DNA of 64,000 bases, from the IMG/VR virus record IMGVR_UViG_3300031951_000034, positions 32,001 to 96,000 of that record. One strand, given 5' to 3'. This stretch comes from a virus. The notes under the pieces were generated by a model, which worked only from the letters and a program-made list of their open reading frames with translations, had not been told where the DNA came from and ran no database searches. Each line of letters begins with the position of its first letter. The first letter of the stretch is position 1. Below are positions 60,587-64,000 of the stretch, one piece after another. Both the position numbers and the translations under genes were made by a program.

Positions 60587-62856
60587 GTGCAACAAACACT
60601 TACAAGATCCGTGACCCACGGAAAAACTGGGTCATTAATTAATGTAAATACATACAACAAAAATCAGGTAACCATTTTGCCTGAGGAGCAAACCCAAATA
60701 GGATTTGCTCTAAAACAAGGGAACACAGTAAAGGTGGCTTCTTACAAAGTAAGAAATGGTGTTGCAAGACTCATGGGAGCGTCTTGCGGCACACCTCCTT
60801 TTATTGTGAACAAGACAGAGCAGGCCAGTGTAAACTGGGCTACTGCTGCCTTGCCATTGCCGCATGGAAATTATGTGGCTCCCAATGGAGGTAGTTGCGT
60901 TCAGACTCCAAAAGGTGTCGTGAGCAAAGCAACCGTCCCAATAAAAAGTCTTGTGACATTAACGCAAGAGCTGTTTAGACAACCCGGAGAAGATAGACTA
61001 AACTTGTTTGGTCTTGATAGCTCAGCTCAGGAAAAAACCGATGGGTGCGAAAAAGTAACCTTGAGACTAGGCAAGCTGAAGGCTTGTATATTCACTCGGT
61101 TTCTGACGACTCTATACGGTCCATCCCCAGAAACGGCGATGTTGTTTAAAAACATCATGAACTCATTGAGGGTCATGGATAACCAGACAATGAAAATGAA
61201 TCTACTAAAGCTCTACAACTGTGTAGAGCAACACGTAGAGAAAGGAGTAAGTTCTTCGACTTCGTTGGTTAGATCGAAAAACTTTAACTTCGGTAGACAG
61301 AGAGATAAACTACTAAAGATTGTGTCATTCCTGCCCGAGCTTGCGGGCCTGGATGACCAGTCACAAATTGACCTTTATAAGGTTAAAAACACAAGGGAAC
61401 AAATTCCACTGATCAGTGTTGTGGAAATTAACTTCCCTATGTCAGTCAGTAAAGCAGATAATGTCGGCGAAAACTTTTGCTTCCCTTCGACGTGGACAAA
61501 GTCCCCGTTTGAGGTGAGTCAAAAAGGTGAATCGGATACCTTTTAAAATACCGAAAACAACTAAAACACATAAACAATAAATATTATGCTTAGTCAGGTA
61601 ACGAATACAGCAACAAAATTCGCGGTTAAAAATGCTCCAATTGTAGGTAAGTATGCCTTACAAGTAGGGGTGTCCACAGCTAAAACGGCAATCGGGGTGG
61701 CTACCACCTTGTGGGCCGTTGGCGCAGGAATCTGCATAGCAGAGAAAGTTAAAAATAAAGCCAGCAAACTCAGTGAGCTATTCGAAGAAAAACGGCGCAA
61801 TCGGGAGCTGGAGGAATTGAAATCGTTTACGGCTTCAGGAACAGACACTGTGATCAGTGAAACTATTTCTGAGGACACTGTAAAAGAATCGAAATTCAAT
61901 GTCGCTGATGTCAAATCGATCTTTGCGAAACTGACGAAGCTTCATCAGTTAAACTGATGAAGACGCCAGTTGTCATTAAGACAGCAGAGTCTCAATAACC
62001 GCCATATTTATGCGTATATACTATAAGGTTTGTCCTTATAGTATATACGTATGGGGCGTTAAGATAACTCAATAAAAACAGCAAAATGCTATTTTTTTTG
62101 AAAAATTAAAAAAATGTGTAAGATATATATACCTTTGTGATTAATTATTTATTTTGACAAATAATTTAATTACAAAGGTTAAAACAAAACATTATGAAAA
62201 AAGACAACTTTATTTTAGCTACTGACTATAAAAATAGTTTTTTTAGCGCCGTCTTTTCTTTTGAAACAACTGTCTCTCCTATCAAGGGGCTGGACAAATA
62301 TGACCTTCTTCATGCCTACATGGTAGGCGAAATAATAAAAAGGTTTGATAAAGTGTATGAAAGTGATGAACCTCGACCATTCGTAGTTCAGCATTTGCTA
62401 GACCAGGTAAAGACCGTAATAAAATCTATAAAAAACAAATCACCAAATAAAAAAATAGAAAACTCATCAGATGAAATAAAAAAAGAATACCCTATTGAAA
62501 CAGGGCAAATAGATAAACTAATAGATGACGATACTGGATTTGTAGTTGGGACTTTTTTTGTGCCAATGATGTTGTCAGACACGTTAAAAGAATTTGATAT
62601 ACTTGAGTCAAAGAAAAAGAAAAATCTATGCCACATAGATATTCAAGGACAGTTTTTAAATGAATCTATAAATAATTTTTCTTTGATGTTTGACATGTTC
62701 TTTGATCTGATAAGGCAGAAAAACAACAATGACCCAAAGATAACAGAAGAAATGGTGTCAATTACAGCAGACCTACTTAAAGAGACGATAGAGTTATCTC
62801 TTGTTTCTACGGGAGAATTTGACGCATATGCGGAACGCAAAAATCAAAAAAAATAA
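60587..62856 (+). CDS. three hypothetical ORFs (60587-61546, 61586-61957, 62194-62856)
   Basis: Long ORFs with A/C-rich leaders. No motif recognised. Confidence 0.55.
62013..62049. repeat. perfect 16-bp hairpin
   Basis: CGTATATACTATAAGG-TTTGT-CCTTATAGTATATACG. Confidence 0.9.
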
Positions 62857-63475
62857 AATAGCGAAAACTAAAACCGAAGCACCGAAGAAAAGGGGAAGAC
62901 CGCCAAAAAATAAAGTAGCTACAAAAATAGTAGAGACTAAAAAGAGGAGAGGAAGACCCCCCAAAGCAAAGCTAGTAAAAAAGGATATTCCAGCAAAGAG
63001 AAGGGGAAGACCACCAAAATTAAATAAAGAGGTGGAGAAACCAATCAAAAAACTGGAACCCAAAAAACCTATTATCAAATATGAAAACGAATTTGAAGCA
63101 AAACTTTTCATAAACCAAAAACCGTCTAGTAAACAAATAGATGAATATTCTAATTGGCTGGTAAAATACAATGAAGCTGTGGCTCAGACAGACTTCGAAA
63201 AACAAATAAAGCAAATAAATTCACTCCAAGAAATCGTAAATAAGGTGGTAGACAGTTCTACAGTAAATATAGTTATTCTACCTATCTTTGTAACCAAAGG
63301 AGACAAAATTACTTTTGTGCTGTTTGAACCTTTTGATAAAGGGGTTGAAGTGATCATCAAATATAAGACTGGTCTGGTTCCACCTCACTTGACATCGTCT
63401 GTAAAACATACAGCCGTGTGCAACAAAATTACTGAATCGGTACAAAAATTTGTTCCCGTAGGTGTTTGTTGTTGA
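62828..63475 (+). CDS. AT-hook-containing DNA-binding protein
   Basis: Three (K/R)RGRPPK motifs in a Lys-rich N-terminal half. Confidence 0.65.
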   Translation: MRNAKIKKNKIAKTKTEAPKKRGRPPKNKVATKIVETKKRRGRPPKAKLVKKDIPAKRRGRPPKLNKEVEKPIKKLEPKKPIIKYENEFEAKLFINQKPSSKQIDEYSNWLVKYNEAVAQTDFEKQIKQINSLQEIVNKVVDSSTVNIVILPIFVTKGDKITFVLFEPFDKGVEVIIKYKTGLVPPHLTSSVKHTAVCNKITESVQKFVPVGVCC

Positions 63476-63515
63476 GTATGATATTCAGTCAAAAAAATAA
63501 TTTTTAAAAATAGTA

Positions 63516-63544
63516 TTGACTTAAAAAATTTTTTTGTGTATCAT
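63516..63544 (+). promoter_or_regulatory. sigma70-type promoter
   Basis: TTGACT, 17-nt spacer, TATCAT. Confidence 0.7.
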
Positions 63545-63560
63545 CCGAACTTGTTCTTTT

Positions 63561-63669
63561 CCCGAAACGCGTATGCCTCCTATTTTTACGCTCCGTTTAG
63601 ATCCGCGTAGCGGAGATCAACGGACAAGCGCAAGCTTGAGTCAAAATCGGTAGGCAACAGCGTTTCGGG
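63561..63669 (+). ncRNA. structured RNA or leader downstream of the promoter
   Basis: CCCGAAACGC/GCGTTTCGGG (10 bp), TGCCT/AGGCA and CCGTT/AACGG nested helices. Confidence 0.5.
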
Positions 63670-63710
63670 CTTATAATACTGGAAAGTTTGGAACAACAAT
63701 TAAAACAAAC

Positions 63711-64000
63711 ATGAAAACAAAAAAAGAAATTGCTCTTTTAAGAAAAAAATACATGGATCAACTTAGTAGCGTTATTTGTGAATCACATTTATGCTCTGTT
63801 GAACGTGAACAGAAATTATTAAAAGGTAAAAAAAGAAAGAAGCATGCCTCTAAAATTGGAAAAACTTTACCAAAGTTTGAGCAATTAGAGTTATTTGTAT
63901 CAGTAGATCAGTATGTTGATGTAAATGTACACGGCAAAGAAGCCATAGACGATTTAAATTGTGAGGAGGTAATGGTTTCTGAAACAGAAATTAATAAGGG
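63711..64000 (+). CDS. 3'-truncated hypothetical protein
   Basis: MKTKKEIALLRKKYMDQ... stays open to the window end. Confidence 0.5.
   Translation, partial: MKTKKEIALLRKKYMDQLSSVICESHLCSVEREQKLLKGKKRKKHASKIGKTLPKFEQLELFVSVDQYVDVNVHGKEAIDDLNCEEVMVSETEINK

Noticed and set aside
61954-62000. CTGATGA as a hammerhead ribozyme core
   Set aside because: There is no stem II followed by GAAA and no cleavage-site helix. The motif is part of the local inverted repeat.

Overview
This 64 kb window is an AT-rich segment of a large tailed dsDNA phage, probably jumbo-class and myovirus-like, using the standard genetic code. The left part (1-20 kb) is a tail/baseplate module: five tandem paralogous Cys-rich proteins, three ~700-aa collagen-like (Gly-X-Y) genes and a tail-fibre-like protein. 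The middle (20-40 kb) holds two GT-B glycosyltransferases, a tRNA(CAT), a tRNA-like RNA, an unassigned structured RNA, small accessory ORFs, a minus-strand terminase large subunit and an AAA+ ATPase/DUF1257/DUF2997-like module. The right part (40-64 kb) has a retron-like reverse transcriptase followed by a replication/recombination operon: SbcD, SbcC, SF2 helicase, DnaB, primase, a dnaE split in two ORFs, a putative SSB, RecA and a RuvC-like resolvase. The standout feature is a GC-rich non-coding island at 50906-51975, between primase and dnaE. It consists of three tandem RNAs, different in sequence but identical in layout, each with retron msr-msd architecture: a terminal inverted repeat, an unpaired G right after the 5' arm in a shared G-G-C-T-W-T-T motif, a 7-bp hairpin and long GC-rich arms. 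The RT about 9 kb upstream has no room for its own adjacent ncRNA. I propose a phage-encoded multi-template retron with one RT and an array of three ncRNAs supplied in trans. This is an inference and has not been tested. All protein calls come from motif recognition by eye; no database search was run.
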